DNA of 64,000 nucleotides from Polyangiaceae bacterium (GTDB taxonomy: Bacteria > Myxococcota_A > Polyangia > Polyangiales > Polyangiaceae), in assembly GCA_035063585.1 (NCBI GenBank), contig JAPSGB010000003.1, positions 160,001 through 224,000 of the forward strand, in the 5' to 3' direction. Both the position numbers and the translations under genes were made by a program. This document shows positions 47,702 to 57,054 of this stretch, one piece after another (within the stretch, counting starts at the first letter, position 1; each line of letters opens with the position of its first letter). The notes beneath the pieces are model-generated. The model worked only from the letters and a program-made list of their open reading frames with translations. It was not told where the DNA came from and searched no databases.

Positions 47702-49132
47702 ATGTCCGCGCCCCGCCTCCGCTTCGCGCCGTCTCCGAGCGGCTACCTCCACATCGGCGGCGCCCGCACCGCGCTCTTCAACTGGCTCTGGGCGCGGAGC
47801 CAAGGCGGCTCCTTCATCCTCCGCATCGAGGACACCGACCAGGAGCGGTCGAGCCTCGACAGCGTCCGGGCCATCCTCGACTCGATGAAGTGGCTGGGGC
47901 TCGACTGGGACGAGGGCCCCGAGGTGGGCGGGCCGCACGGCCCGTACTTCCAGAGCGAGCGCAAGGCGCTCTACCGCGAGGCCACCGAGACGCTCATCTC
48001 GCGCGGGCTCGCCTATCGCTGCTACTGCACGAAGGAGGCGCTCGATGCCCAGCGGGCGGCGCTGAAGGAGCGGGATCCGAAGGCGCAGTTCGTCTACCCG
48101 GGCACCTGTCGCGACCGCACGGACACGCCGGACCAGCCCTTCGTGGTGAGGTTCAAGTCCCCAGAGAGCGGCAGCACCGACTTCGTCGACAAGGTCTTCG
48201 GCGCCATCAGCACCCCGAACGCCTCCCAGCAGGATTTCGTGCTGGTCCGCACCGACGGCTACCCGCTCTATAACCTCGCCGCGGTGGTCGACGATCACGC
48301 GATGGGGATCACGCTGGTCGCCCGGGGTCGCGACCACATCGGCAACACTCCGCAGCAGGTCCTGCTCTATCGCGCCTTCGGCTGGGAGCCGCCCGAGTTC
48401 GCCCACCTGCCGATGATGCTCTCGCCCAAGGGTGACAAGCTCAGCAAGCGCAACGCCGACGTCGGCGTGCAGGACTACCGCGACCGCGGCTATCCGGCGA
48501 TGGGCGTCCTAAACTACCTGGTTCGCTTCGGCTGGTCGCTCGGGGATCGCGAGATCTTCAGCCGGAGCGAGCTCATCCGGGCGTTCGGCTGGGATCGGGT
48601 GGGCAAGGCGGACGGGAAATTCGACGACAAGAAGTTCGCCGACGTGGCCTTCGAGCACCTGAAGCAGCCCGAGCTCACCGGCCTCGACGACTACGCCGCC
48701 TGGGCCGCGCCGTTCCTCGAGCGCCGCGGCCTCGCGAGCCCCGAGCCGGCTCGCCTCCGCGCCGCGATACCGCTCGTCCGCGAACGCGCGCGCACGCTCG
48801 CCGAGGCTGCCGAGATGCTCGATTATTTCTTTCGCCCGGAGCCCGAGCTCGACCCGAAGGCGGCCGCGAAGGCGCTCGGGCCGGGCGCCGCGGAGGTCCT
48901 CGGGGAGCTCGCCGAGGCGCTCCGCGGCGTGGAGCCGTGGGAGGGCTCCGCGCTCGAGGAGGCGACCCGCCGCCACGTGGAGGCGCGCGGGCTCGCGCTG
49001 AAAGACGTCGCGCAGCCCGCTCGGGTCGCGGTGACCGGGCGTGCGGCGAGCCCGCCGCTCTTCGACGTCATGAGCGTCCTCGGACGAGAGCAGACGCTCC
49101 ACCGACTGGCGCGCGCCGCCGGCAAGGCCTGA
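47702..49132 (+). CDS. gltX: Glutamate--tRNA ligase
   Basis: RFAPSPSGYLHIGG, LRIEDTD, KLSKR, anticodon-binding tail SPPLF. Confidence 0.96.
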   Translation: MSAPRLRFAPSPSGYLHIGGARTALFNWLWARSQGGSFILRIEDTDQERSSLDSVRAILDSMKWLGLDWDEGPEVGGPHGPYFQSERKALYREATETLISRGLAYRCYCTKEALDAQRAALKERDPKAQFVYPGTCRDRTDTPDQPFVVRFKSPESGSTDFVDKVFGAISTPNASQQDFVLVRTDGYPLYNLAAVVDDHAMGITLVARGRDHIGNTPQQVLLYRAFGWEPPEFAHLPMMLSPKGDKLSKRNADVGVQDYRDRGYPAMGVLNYLVRFGWSLGDREIFSRSELIRAFGWDRVGKADGKFDDKKFADVAFEHLKQPELTGLDDYAAWAAPFLERRGLASPEPARLRAAIPLVRERARTLAEAAEMLDYFFRPEPELDPKAAAKALGPGAAEVLGELAEALRGVEPWEGSALEEATRRHVEARGLALKDVAQPARVAVTGRAASPPLFDVMSVLGREQTLHRLARAAGKA

Positions 49133-49142
49133 GAACCAACAC

Positions 49143-50189
49143 GTGCCGGGTCTCCTCGCGCTTTTGTCCGGCCCCGGCGCGATCGGCGGCGTCTCGAGCG
49201 AGGTCGCGCGCTTGTCCGATGCGCTCGCGGGCCCCGCGCGTCCGTCGCCCCTAGAGCTCCCGCTCACGCGCCTCGCGCCGGTGAGCACGTTTCAGGCCCT
49301 CCTCGACTACGCGCCCGTGAAGGCGCTCCTGCCCATCCCCATCCTCGCGCTCATCGCCCCCGCGCTCTGGTGGTTTTTTCGCGACACCTGGAAGCGCCTC
49401 GACGCCGAGGCCACCGAGCATCGGGTGAAGCTCGCCGAGACGGGCGCCGCCGATTACCGCGCGGTCGCGTGCCTCAGCATCGTCGGCGTCGTGCTCACCA
49501 TGCAGTACTACTTCGGCGGCGAGGAGTTCTACTCCGCGCACGTTCGCCCGTGGCTCGTCGAGCTCGACGCCGCGCACTCCTTCGTGAAGCTCAAAAAGTA
49601 TAGCGAATTCTATAGTTATGTCTGGTGGGTGTTCGCGCGTGTGGCGGGCTACGTCCTGGTGCCGTTCCCGCTCTGGAAGCTCCTCTTTCGCAAGGACAGC
49701 CTGCTCGACATGGGCTTCCGCGTCCGCGGCTTCTTCAGCCACCTCTGGATCTACGGGCTCGGGCTCGCGGTCGTCGTCCCGGTGATGCTCCTCGTGAGCC
49801 ATCAGCCGGATTTCGGCGGCTACTACCCGTTCTACAAGCAGAGCTCACGCAGCTATTTCGACCTCATGATCTGGGAGTCGATCTACTTTCTTCAGTTTCT
49901 GAGCCTGGAGATGTTCTTCCGCGGGTGGATGGTCGGCGCGCTCCGAAAGACGATGGGCTCGAGCGCCATCTTCGCCATGGCGGTGCCGTACTGCATGATC
50001 CACTACGGGAAGCCCTACCTCGAGGCGGTCGGGGCCATCGTGGCGGGGGTCTTCCTCGGCTCGCTCGCCATGCGAACCCGCAGCATCTACGCGGGCTTCC
50101 TCGTCCACATCACGGTCGCGCTCTCCATGGATTTCCTCGCCCTCTGGCACCGCGGCGCGCTGCCGACCCAGTTCTGGGCGTCCGGTTGA
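49143..50189 (+). CDS. CPBP (type II CAAX/Abi) intramembrane protease family protein
   Basis: LEMFFRG, YCMIHYGKP, LAMRTRSI...H motifs, multi-TM; start may be GTG49281. Confidence 0.88.
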   Translation: MPGLLALLSGPGAIGGVSSEVARLSDALAGPARPSPLELPLTRLAPVSTFQALLDYAPVKALLPIPILALIAPALWWFFRDTWKRLDAEATEHRVKLAETGAADYRAVACLSIVGVVLTMQYYFGGEEFYSAHVRPWLVELDAAHSFVKLKKYSEFYSYVWWVFARVAGYVLVPFPLWKLLFRKDSLLDMGFRVRGFFSHLWIYGLGLAVVVPVMLLVSHQPDFGGYYPFYKQSSRSYFDLMIWESIYFLQFLSLEMFFRGWMVGALRKTMGSSAIFAMAVPYCMIHYGKPYLEAVGAIVAGVFLGSLAMRTRSIYAGFLVHITVALSMDFLALWHRGALPTQFWASG

Positions 50190-50230
50190 CCCCCCGGGGG
50201 CGCAGGGGCGCAGGGGCGTAAGGGGGCGGG

Positions 50231-50255
50231 GTGCCGGTACGGCGCGGCCGGCGTC
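50231..50255 (+). repeat. Intergenic motif copy GTGCCGGTACGGCGCGGCCGGCGTC
   Basis: 23/25 identical to 32390-32414. Confidence 0.6.
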
Positions 50256-50352
50256 GCTCCTCGAGAACGGCCGCTCGGCCTGGCAATTTCAGGTGACGGT
50301 TGCGCGGCCCGGGTAACGTTGCTAGAAACGCGCCCCCCTCGCGGAGTCTCCG

Positions 50353-50748
50353 ATGAAGAAGTCGCCCATCAGCGTGGTCAAGGAAAAGTACGACGGCGAG
50401 AAGGCCAAGCTCGTCGCCGCGGTTCGAGCGCTCGCCACCGACGAGCTCTGGCTCGATCGCGTGAACGCGACCAAGGGGCTCGCACACGTGTCGAACGCCA
50501 AGCTCCTGCGCTTGGTGGACATCCTCGGTACCGTGAAGGAGCGGTTCGGAAGCCGCGCCCAGCTCATCGACGCCATCCTGGCGCTCGACGGGCGCAGCAC
50601 GGACGGCGGCTACAAGGCTCGCCTCGCCAAGTTCCCGACGCCGCGGCTCTTCGATCACCACGAGGCCTCCGCCAAGCGTGCTCGCCGCGCCGCGCGGAAG
50701 GCCGCGCACGCGCCCCAGCCGAGCGCGCCGGTCGCCCCGGCCTCGTGA
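50353..50748 (+). CDS. Small basic hypothetical protein
   Basis: GGAG RBS, strong GC3 bias, Lys/Arg-rich helical sequence. Confidence 0.75.
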   Translation: MKKSPISVVKEKYDGEKAKLVAAVRALATDELWLDRVNATKGLAHVSNAKLLRLVDILGTVKERFGSRAQLIDAILALDGRSTDGGYKARLAKFPTPRLFDHHEASAKRARRAARKAAHAPQPSAPVAPAS

Positions 50749-50793
50749 CGGGCGAGCCGAGCGGATGGGCTCGGCGCGCGAGCTCGCGCTCGC

Positions 50794-51303
50794 TCAGAGC
50801 CCCTGCTCGATCAGGTACTGGTTCGTGAAGGCCGCGGCCTTGGCGTAGTTCTGCTCGACGTCCGAGATGACGCGCTTCTCGATCATCCCGCCGACCCCGA
50901 ACACGCGTGCCTCGACGCTCCCCTCATAAATCCGGCGGCACTTGCCGTCGCTCGTCGGCTCGGTGCGGAGCACGCCGGTGATGGTGATCTTGTCCGCGAG
51001 CTTGTTCGGCGTGATTGAGACCTCGAACCGCCGCCTCTGCTTGTCGAAGCGCCCGCTCTCCCGGTAGCCGAGCCCGTCACCGATGAGCTTCTTCAGCGGG
51101 CCGGGGAGCTCGCCGGTCGGCGGGACGAGCTCGACCACTCGCTCGATGGTGTCGCCCCGGTCCGTCTGGCTCACCTTCTCATAGGAGGGGAACCCGAGCG
51201 CATCCCTGAACATGCGCCGGTTGTACTCGTCCTCGAAGAAGAGCTTTCCCCAGTAGGTGTCCTCGCTGCAGTTGAACACGTGCTCGACCCGAACGGTTGC
51301 CAT
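50794..51303 (-). CDS. DUF2505-like (SRPBCC/START-fold) protein
   Basis: Length and VEARVFGVGGMIEK motif typical of the family. Confidence 0.7.
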   Translation of the reverse strand: MATVRVEHVFNCSEDTYWGKLFFEDEYNRRMFRDALGFPSYEKVSQTDRGDTIERVVELVPPTGELPGPLKKLIGDGLGYRESGRFDKQRRRFEVSITPNKLADKITITGVLRTEPTSDGKCRRIYEGSVEARVFGVGGMIEKRVISDVEQNYAKAAAFTNQYLIEQGL

Positions 51304-51389
51304 GGCCGGGCATCCTAACCACGGGGCTCGGCCGGCGCCATGCCCCAGGGCGCTTCTCCCGCAGGCGGCGCTCGACTAGCCTCGCGAGC

Positions 51390-52151
51390 GTGGCACCGCC
51401 CGCTGCCTCCGAGAACGCCCGAGCGGCGCCCCGTCCGGCCGCGCCTGCGCGCGAGCCGCTCCCGCAGCGCGTGCCCGGTTGGCTCGCGCAGGTGCGGATC
51501 CTCTTTGGCAAGGATCTCGCCATCGAGCTTCGCACCGGGGAGGTGGTGACCACGAGCGGGTTCTTCGCGCTCCTGGTCGTGATCCTCGCGTCGCTCTCGT
51601 TCTACGGCGGGGCCTCGACTCGGCGCTTGGTCGCCTCCGGGGTCATCTGGGTAAGCATCGCGTTCGCCGCGGTACTCGCGCTCGGCCGCACCTGGCAGCG
51701 TGAGCGCGACGAGAGCGCGCTCACTGCGCTCCTCGTCGCGCCGCTCGAGCGGAGCGCCATCTTCGCCGGCAAGGCGCTCGGCGTCTTCGTGTTCCTCACC
51801 GTGGTCGAGCTGGTGGTCATCCCGGCTTCGGCGCTCCTCTTCGCGGTCGATTTGCTCGAGCTCGGCGGCGGGCTCGCGGTCATCGCGCTCGTCGCCACGC
51901 CCGGCATCGCGGCCTCGGGCACGCTCTTCGGCGCCATGACGGTGCGGACGCGCGCGCGCGATCTCATCCTCGCCATCGTGCTCTTCCCCTTGCTCTCGCC
52001 CACGCTGCTCGCTGCGGTGGCCGCCACGCGCGAGCTGCTCGGCGGCGCCGCCATCGGTGAGCTCGGCGACTACTTCAAGTTGATGGGCGTCTTCGATCTG
52101 GTGTTCATCGCGGGCGGGCTCGCGCTCTTCGGCCCGCTCATGGACGGCTGA
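51390..52151 (+). CDS. ccmB: Heme exporter protein B
   Basis: KDLAIELR, LGRTWQRERD, IFAGK, LFPLLSP; six TM; start uncertain (GTG51390). Confidence 0.88.
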   Translation: MAPPAASENARAAPRPAAPAREPLPQRVPGWLAQVRILFGKDLAIELRTGEVVTTSGFFALLVVILASLSFYGGASTRRLVASGVIWVSIAFAAVLALGRTWQRERDESALTALLVAPLERSAIFAGKALGVFVFLTVVELVVIPASALLFAVDLLELGGGLAVIALVATPGIAASGTLFGAMTVRTRARDLILAIVLFPLLSPTLLAAVAATRELLGGAAIGELGDYFKLMGVFDLVFIAGGLALFGPLMDG

Positions 52152-52166
52152 GCTCGAGCACCGGCT

Positions 52167-53429
52167 TCATCCGAGCGAGCGCGCCACCGCCCGAGCCACG
52201 CGCTCGCCGTCCTCGGCGCTGCCGCCCGCGGCTCCGGCGACCTCCCCGGCGCACCAGAGGTTCGGCGCCGCGAGGCCCGCGTCGTCGACGACCGGGAAGA
52301 AGCCGCGCGCGGGGTCGAAACGCGTGGTCGCGCCCGCCTGCACGGCGAGCTCGAAGGACGGCGCGCGCGGCGCATCGACGATGAGCGCGTCGGCGTCGAC
52401 GCGACGCTCGCCCGCGCCGTCGAAAAGCACGACGCCGCGCACGGCAGAGCGCCCGCGCACGCCGAGGAGCGCTCCGAGCGTCACGCGCTCGAGCGCCATG
52501 CGGCTCCCTGCCTCGCGCGCCAGGGCGTCGCTCACCGGGCCCTCACCGGCGAGCACCGCGCGCTCGGCCGGCAGGACCCCTGCGCGCCACAGTCGGAGCG
52601 CCGCCCGCGCGCTCATCACGCCGGGCAGATCGTTGTTGCCGATGGTGGGCGGAGTGTCGTGCGCGCCGCTCGCGACGATGACGCGCCGCGCGAGCACGAG
52701 CGCCGCGCCGCGCGGTGTGGAGAGCAGCGCGTGGAGCCGGCCCTCGGGATGGGGCGGCTCGCGGGTGAGCGCGAGGGCGGTGGTCTCCTGCTCGACGCGC
52801 GCGCCAGCGCCGCGGGCTCGGTCGAGCCAGCGTGCTGCCGCCGCGGGCTCGACCAGCGCGAGCGTGCCGCCCGGGGAGAGGTCGTCATCGACGAGGAGCG
52901 CGCGGCCTCCGAGCGCTGCCGCAGCGGCGAGCCCGGTCGCGCCGCCACCCACCACGAGCACGTCGGTCTCGCGTCGCTCGGCCGCCACCGGCGCGCGGGT
53001 CGCGTCCGGGAGTCGCCCGAGCCCGGCGATGCGGCGCGCGATCCGCTGAACCACCGGCGAGAGGCCGGCGACTCCGGCAAACAGGCGATGGTGATCCATA
53101 CCGCGTGGGAACAGGAAATCGGTGGCGCGGAGCGCGTCGAGCTTTCGCGTGCCCACGACGTTCTGCGTCTCCACCACCTCGCCGCCGCGCACCGCGTGGC
53201 GGCAGGTCATCACGTTCGGCACGCCGTCGACTCGCGCGAGGCAGCCCTCGCAACCGCCGCGCAGGCACCAGGCGCCGCGCGGGCGGTGCAGCTTCGAGCT
53301 CCTCGAGAGCGGGCCGCGCCCGGCGGCGAGGAGCGCGATCGCGAGCGGTTCCCCGCGCTCCGCGGTGACGCTCGCGCCGTCATGCGTGAGGGTCACCGGG
53401 TCGGAGAGCACTGAGAGGCGGCGGGCCAT
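52167..53429 (-). CDS. 2Fe-2S plus FAD-dependent oxidoreductase (sarcosine oxidase alpha N-terminal / HcnAB-like)
   Basis: RSSKLHRPRG, CLRGGCEGC...NVMTC, VLVVGGGATG, NNDLPGV; start ATG53429. Confidence 0.85.
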   Translation of the reverse strand: MARRLSVLSDPVTLTHDGASVTAERGEPLAIALLAAGRGPLSRSSKLHRPRGAWCLRGGCEGCLARVDGVPNVMTCRHAVRGGEVVETQNVVGTRKLDALRATDFLFPRGMDHHRLFAGVAGLSPVVQRIARRIAGLGRLPDATRAPVAAERRETDVLVVGGGATGLAAAAALGGRALLVDDDLSPGGTLALVEPAAAARWLDRARGAGARVEQETTALALTREPPHPEGRLHALLSTPRGAALVLARRVIVASGAHDTPPTIGNNDLPGVMSARAALRLWRAGVLPAERAVLAGEGPVSDALAREAGSRMALERVTLGALLGVRGRSAVRGVVLFDGAGERRVDADALIVDAPRAPSFELAVQAGATTRFDPARGFFPVVDDAGLAAPNLWCAGEVAGAAGGSAEDGERVARAVARSLG

Positions 53430-53526
53430 GCGCGGGTCTCGGGATTTCTGCACGGCTCGCCCGGGCGTTCAAGCGGCGGGGCCAGCGACGGTCGGGCCCG
53501 GAGGTGCTAGGGTCGCGGGCGTCAGG

Positions 53527-54141
53527 ATGCGGCTCGGTCTCTTGGGTCCTGCGGAAGATCGCGAAGAAGCGCTGGAGCGCGCGGTCGAGTTTCTGTTCCA
53601 GGACGTCGCCGTCGGGCGGGCGGTCTACCTCGGCGTCGATCAAGCGCTCGAGCGCGTGGTGCGCCGGCGCGCCGAGCAGCTGGTCGGCGGCGATCCGGAC
53701 GACGACGCGATCTGGCGGCGTGCCGCCGAGGCCTGCGCGCGCGCGAGCGCCGCCGAGATCGACTCCTTCATCGTCGTCGAGCGCGAGCGGCGCGCGCTCT
53801 CGGTCTTCGAGTCCTTGCCGGGTAACGGGAAGTGCGTCATCGAGCTGCTAAATGGAAAACTCGTGGTGATGACCCACGACAAGGCCGACCTCGACGAGGA
53901 GGACATCCTGCCCGCGTCACTGCTCGTGTTCGGCAAGAGCGCGCAGCCCTTGGTGAAGCAGGTCGGCTCACGCTGGTTCCTCGCGCCGGGGCACCTCGGT
54001 GAGTTTGGCGTGATGACGCTCGAGGATCACGACGACGGGATTCACCTCGCGCTCTTCGACTCCGCGGGCCGGGAAGTGCGTCGCGAGCGGCTCATCGCCG
54101 CGCATCAGCCGAAGCTCCGCGTCACCGGTGCGGCCGACTGA
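53527..54141 (+). CDS. Hypothetical protein, degenerate metallophosphoesterase-like
   Basis: MRLGLL, VYLG, THD, VFG, LAPG spaced like YfcE-type phosphoesterases but most metal ligands absent. Confidence 0.55.
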   Translation: MRLGLLGPAEDREEALERAVEFLFQDVAVGRAVYLGVDQALERVVRRRAEQLVGGDPDDDAIWRRAAEACARASAAEIDSFIVVERERRALSVFESLPGNGKCVIELLNGKLVVMTHDKADLDEEDILPASLLVFGKSAQPLVKQVGSRWFLAPGHLGEFGVMTLEDHDDGIHLALFDSAGREVRRERLIAAHQPKLRVTGAAD

Positions 54142-54155
54142 CCCGGGAGGGGCCC

Positions 54156-54719
54156 GTGCTCACTGCGTTCTACGGAGGCAGCTTCGATCCGCCGCACATC
54201 GCCCACGTGTTTGCGGTGACCTATCTTCGCGCGGTCGGCGGTTTCGATCACGTGCTCATAGCGCCAGTCTTTCGTCATGCCTTCTACAAGCAGCTCACGA
54301 GCTTCGACGATCGGGTGGCGATGGGCGAGCTCGCGATGGGCTGGCTGCCCGGCGTGGAGGTGTCGCGCATCGAGGAGCGGCTCTCCACGCCGAGCTACAC
54401 CCTGAACACGCTCCGTGCGCTCATCGCGGAGCGCCCGGGAGAGCGATTCCGGCTGGTCGTCGGCTCGGACGTCCTCAGCGAGACTTGCAAGTGGCACGCC
54501 TTCGACGAAATCAGTGAGCTTGCCCCGCCGTTCGTGCTCGAGCGCGCGGGGTTCACCGGTGAGTGCGGCGGCCGCCAGCCGCTCCTCCCCCGGGTGTCCT
54601 CGACCGAAGTACGGCGACACCTCGCCTGTCGTGGCTCATCGTTCGCCGACGCCGAGCTCGCGCGCATGGTGCCCTCTCGCGTGCTCGAATACATCGACGC
54701 GCGGGGGCTCTACCGATGA
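54156..54719 (+). CDS. nadD: Nicotinate-nucleotide adenylyltransferase
   Basis: YGGSFDPPHIAH, SYTLNTL, VVGSD, WH, VSSTEVR; GGAGG RBS. Confidence 0.95.
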   Translation: MLTAFYGGSFDPPHIAHVFAVTYLRAVGGFDHVLIAPVFRHAFYKQLTSFDDRVAMGELAMGWLPGVEVSRIEERLSTPSYTLNTLRALIAERPGERFRLVVGSDVLSETCKWHAFDEISELAPPFVLERAGFTGECGGRQPLLPRVSSTEVRRHLACRGSSFADAELARMVPSRVLEYIDARGLYR

Positions 54720-55624
54720 ACATCGCCATCATCGGCGCGGGCAAGGTAGGAGGCGCGCTCGCGCGCGCGCTCCGGGCGGCCGGCGCCCAGGTGACGCTCC
54801 GCGCGGCCCGCCGCCGCCTGCCGGCGCGCCCCATCGCCGCCGAGCTCCTGGTGCTCGCGGTTCGCGATCACGCCATCACGCCGCTCGCCCATGAGCTCGC
54901 GCGGGCGGGGAGCGTGCGCTCGGCGACCGCCGTCGTGCACCTGTCGGGAGCGCTCGGCCCGGAGGCGCTCGCGCCGCTCGCCGAGCGCGCGGCGGGGGTC
55001 GGACAGGCGCACCCGATGCTCTCGTTCGCCGCGCCCGGTGCAGCGCCCGCGCTCCCGGGCGCGCACTGGCTGCTCACCGGGGACCCTGCCGCGGTCCGCG
55101 CCGCCCGCCGCATGGCGCGGCTGCTCCGGATGCGAGCGCACGAATGGCCCGGGGTCGATCGCGCGCTCTATCACGCCGCGGGCGGGCTCGTCGCCAACGG
55201 GGTCGCTGCCCTCGCCGCGGCGGGCGCGGAGCTGCTCGAGCGCGCCGGAGTGCCACCGCACGAAGCGCCGCGCCTGCTCGGTCCGCTCATCGAGAGCGTG
55301 GGGGCCAACGTGCTCAGGCTCGGCCTACCCGAGGCCCTGAGCGGCCCGGTGCGGCGCGGCGACGCCGCCGCCATCCGCGCGCACCTGGCGCGCATCGGCG
55401 CGCGCGCGCCGGGCGTCCTCCCGCTCTATCTCGCGCTCGCTCGCGCGCAGCTCCCGCTCGCTCGCGCGCTCGGCGACGCCGCGAGCGACGAGCTCGACGC
55501 GGTCGCGCGGGTGCTCGCGCTCCCCGGCGGGCGGGGGGAGCGGGCCGCCAGGTCGGCGGGCCGCGGCGCGCGGGCGGGCCCCGCGGACCCGCGCCGGGCC
55601 GGCAGGCCCCAGCGGCCGCGCTGA
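54716..55624 (+). CDS. Rossmann-like plus DUF2520 domain protein
   Basis: IIGAGKVG, HLSGA, HPMLSF, YHAA...AN, LSGPVRRGD; ATGA overlap with nadD. Confidence 0.88.
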   Translation: MNIAIIGAGKVGGALARALRAAGAQVTLRAARRRLPARPIAAELLVLAVRDHAITPLAHELARAGSVRSATAVVHLSGALGPEALAPLAERAAGVGQAHPMLSFAAPGAAPALPGAHWLLTGDPAAVRAARRMARLLRMRAHEWPGVDRALYHAAGGLVANGVAALAAAGAELLERAGVPPHEAPRLLGPLIESVGANVLRLGLPEALSGPVRRGDAAAIRAHLARIGARAPGVLPLYLALARAQLPLARALGDAASDELDAVARVLALPGGRGERAARSAGRGARAGPADPRRAGRPQRPR

Positions 55625-55651
55625 ACGCACCGGCTCCTCGCGCGGGTCGAG

Positions 55652-56881
55652 TCAGTCAGCCCGCTCGAAGAGGAGCGCGCAGTTGTGTCCGCCGAAACCG
55701 GCGCTCGTCTTGAGCGCGTAGCGCACGTCGGCCGCGCGCGGCTCGCGCACCACGTCGAGGTCGAACACCGGATCGAGCTCATCGACGTTGATCGACGGGT
55801 GGAGCCGCTGATCTCGGAGGGTGCACACGCACGCGATGCTCTCGGCCGCGCCCGCGCCGCCGAGCAGGTGGCCGATCATGCTCTTGGTCGCCGAGATCGG
55901 GATCCTCGGGAGCCTGTCACCGAACACCGCCTGAAACGCCCGGTACTCGGCGACGTCGCCCGCCGGCGTGGAGGTCGCGTGCGGGTTCAAGTAGCCGACC
56001 TCCGCCGGCGTGATACCCGCGCGGCGCAGCGCCGCGTTCATGGCGAGCGCGAGGCCGAGCCCCTCCGGGTGTGGTCGCGTCATGTGCTCGGCGTCGCTCG
56101 ACATGCCCCAGCCGCTGAGCCACGCGAGCGGACGCGCGCCGCGGCGCCGCGCGTGCTCCTCGCTCTCGAGCACCAGCGTGCCGGCGCCCTCGCCGATCAC
56201 GAAGCCGTTACGCTGCTTGTCGTAAGGCCGGGAGGCACGCCTCGGATCGCCCTCGAAGGCGCGCGTGAGCGCGCGCGCGTTGCCGAACCCGGCGATGGTG
56301 CTCGGGCGCGTGGCGGCCTCGCCGCCGCCGGCGAGCACGACATCGGCGTCGCCGCTCGCGATGAGCGTCGCGCCGATCGCGAGGGAGTGCGCGGAGGTCG
56401 CGCAGGCGCTCACGATGTTGAAGCTCGGGCCCATCAGGCCGAGCTTGGTGGTCACCATGCCCGAGAGGGCGTTCGGCATGGCGGTCGGGATGAAGTACGG
56501 CGACACCGAGCGCGGGCCTCGGGTCGGGATCCGCTGGAGCTGGTCCTCGAAGATCTCGACCGAGCCCTGCCCCGACGAGACCAGGACCCCGACCCGCGTC
56601 TTGTCGACCTCCTCGAGCTTCGCCTGGCGCGCCGCCTCGAGCGTGGCGGCGTAGCCGAGCACGGTGATGCGCCCGGTGTGGCTGAGCTCGCGAGGCTCGA
56701 GCACGGTCGTCCCGTCGAAGCCGCGCACGCTGGCCGCGATGTCGGTCCGCAGGTTGTCGGTCGGGAATTCGGTGATGAAATCCACCCCGGAGCGGCCGCT
56801 CGAGAGCCCCTCCCAGGAGCTCTCGACGTCCAGCCCCAGCGGAGAGAGGAGTCCGAGCCCGGTGATGGCGACGCGAGGCAT
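55652..56881 (-). CDS. fabF: 3-oxoacyl-ACP synthase II
   Basis: RVAITGLG, SACAT (Cys), HATST and GHLLG (His-His), GFGGHN; start ATG56881. Confidence 0.93.
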   Translation of the reverse strand: MPRVAITGLGLLSPLGLDVESSWEGLSSGRSGVDFITEFPTDNLRTDIAASVRGFDGTTVLEPRELSHTGRITVLGYAATLEAARQAKLEEVDKTRVGVLVSSGQGSVEIFEDQLQRIPTRGPRSVSPYFIPTAMPNALSGMVTTKLGLMGPSFNIVSACATSAHSLAIGATLIASGDADVVLAGGGEAATRPSTIAGFGNARALTRAFEGDPRRASRPYDKQRNGFVIGEGAGTLVLESEEHARRRGARPLAWLSGWGMSSDAEHMTRPHPEGLGLALAMNAALRRAGITPAEVGYLNPHATSTPAGDVAEYRAFQAVFGDRLPRIPISATKSMIGHLLGGAGAAESIACVCTLRDQRLHPSINVDELDPVFDLDVVREPRAADVRYALKTSAGFGGHNCALLFERAD

Positions 56882-57054
56882 CGCGGACCGAATAGCAAAT
56901 CGGCGCGCAGGCGTCATCGGCCGGGCCCGGGCGCCGCCCGCGCCCGCGCGCGGCGCGGCCGAGTCCCGAGAGTCCCGAAGCCGCCGGTGAGAACGGCGGT
57001 TCGCGGCGGTTTTTCTATGGTGGAGCGCCGCGCTCCGCGCTATTGGCCGCCCCG

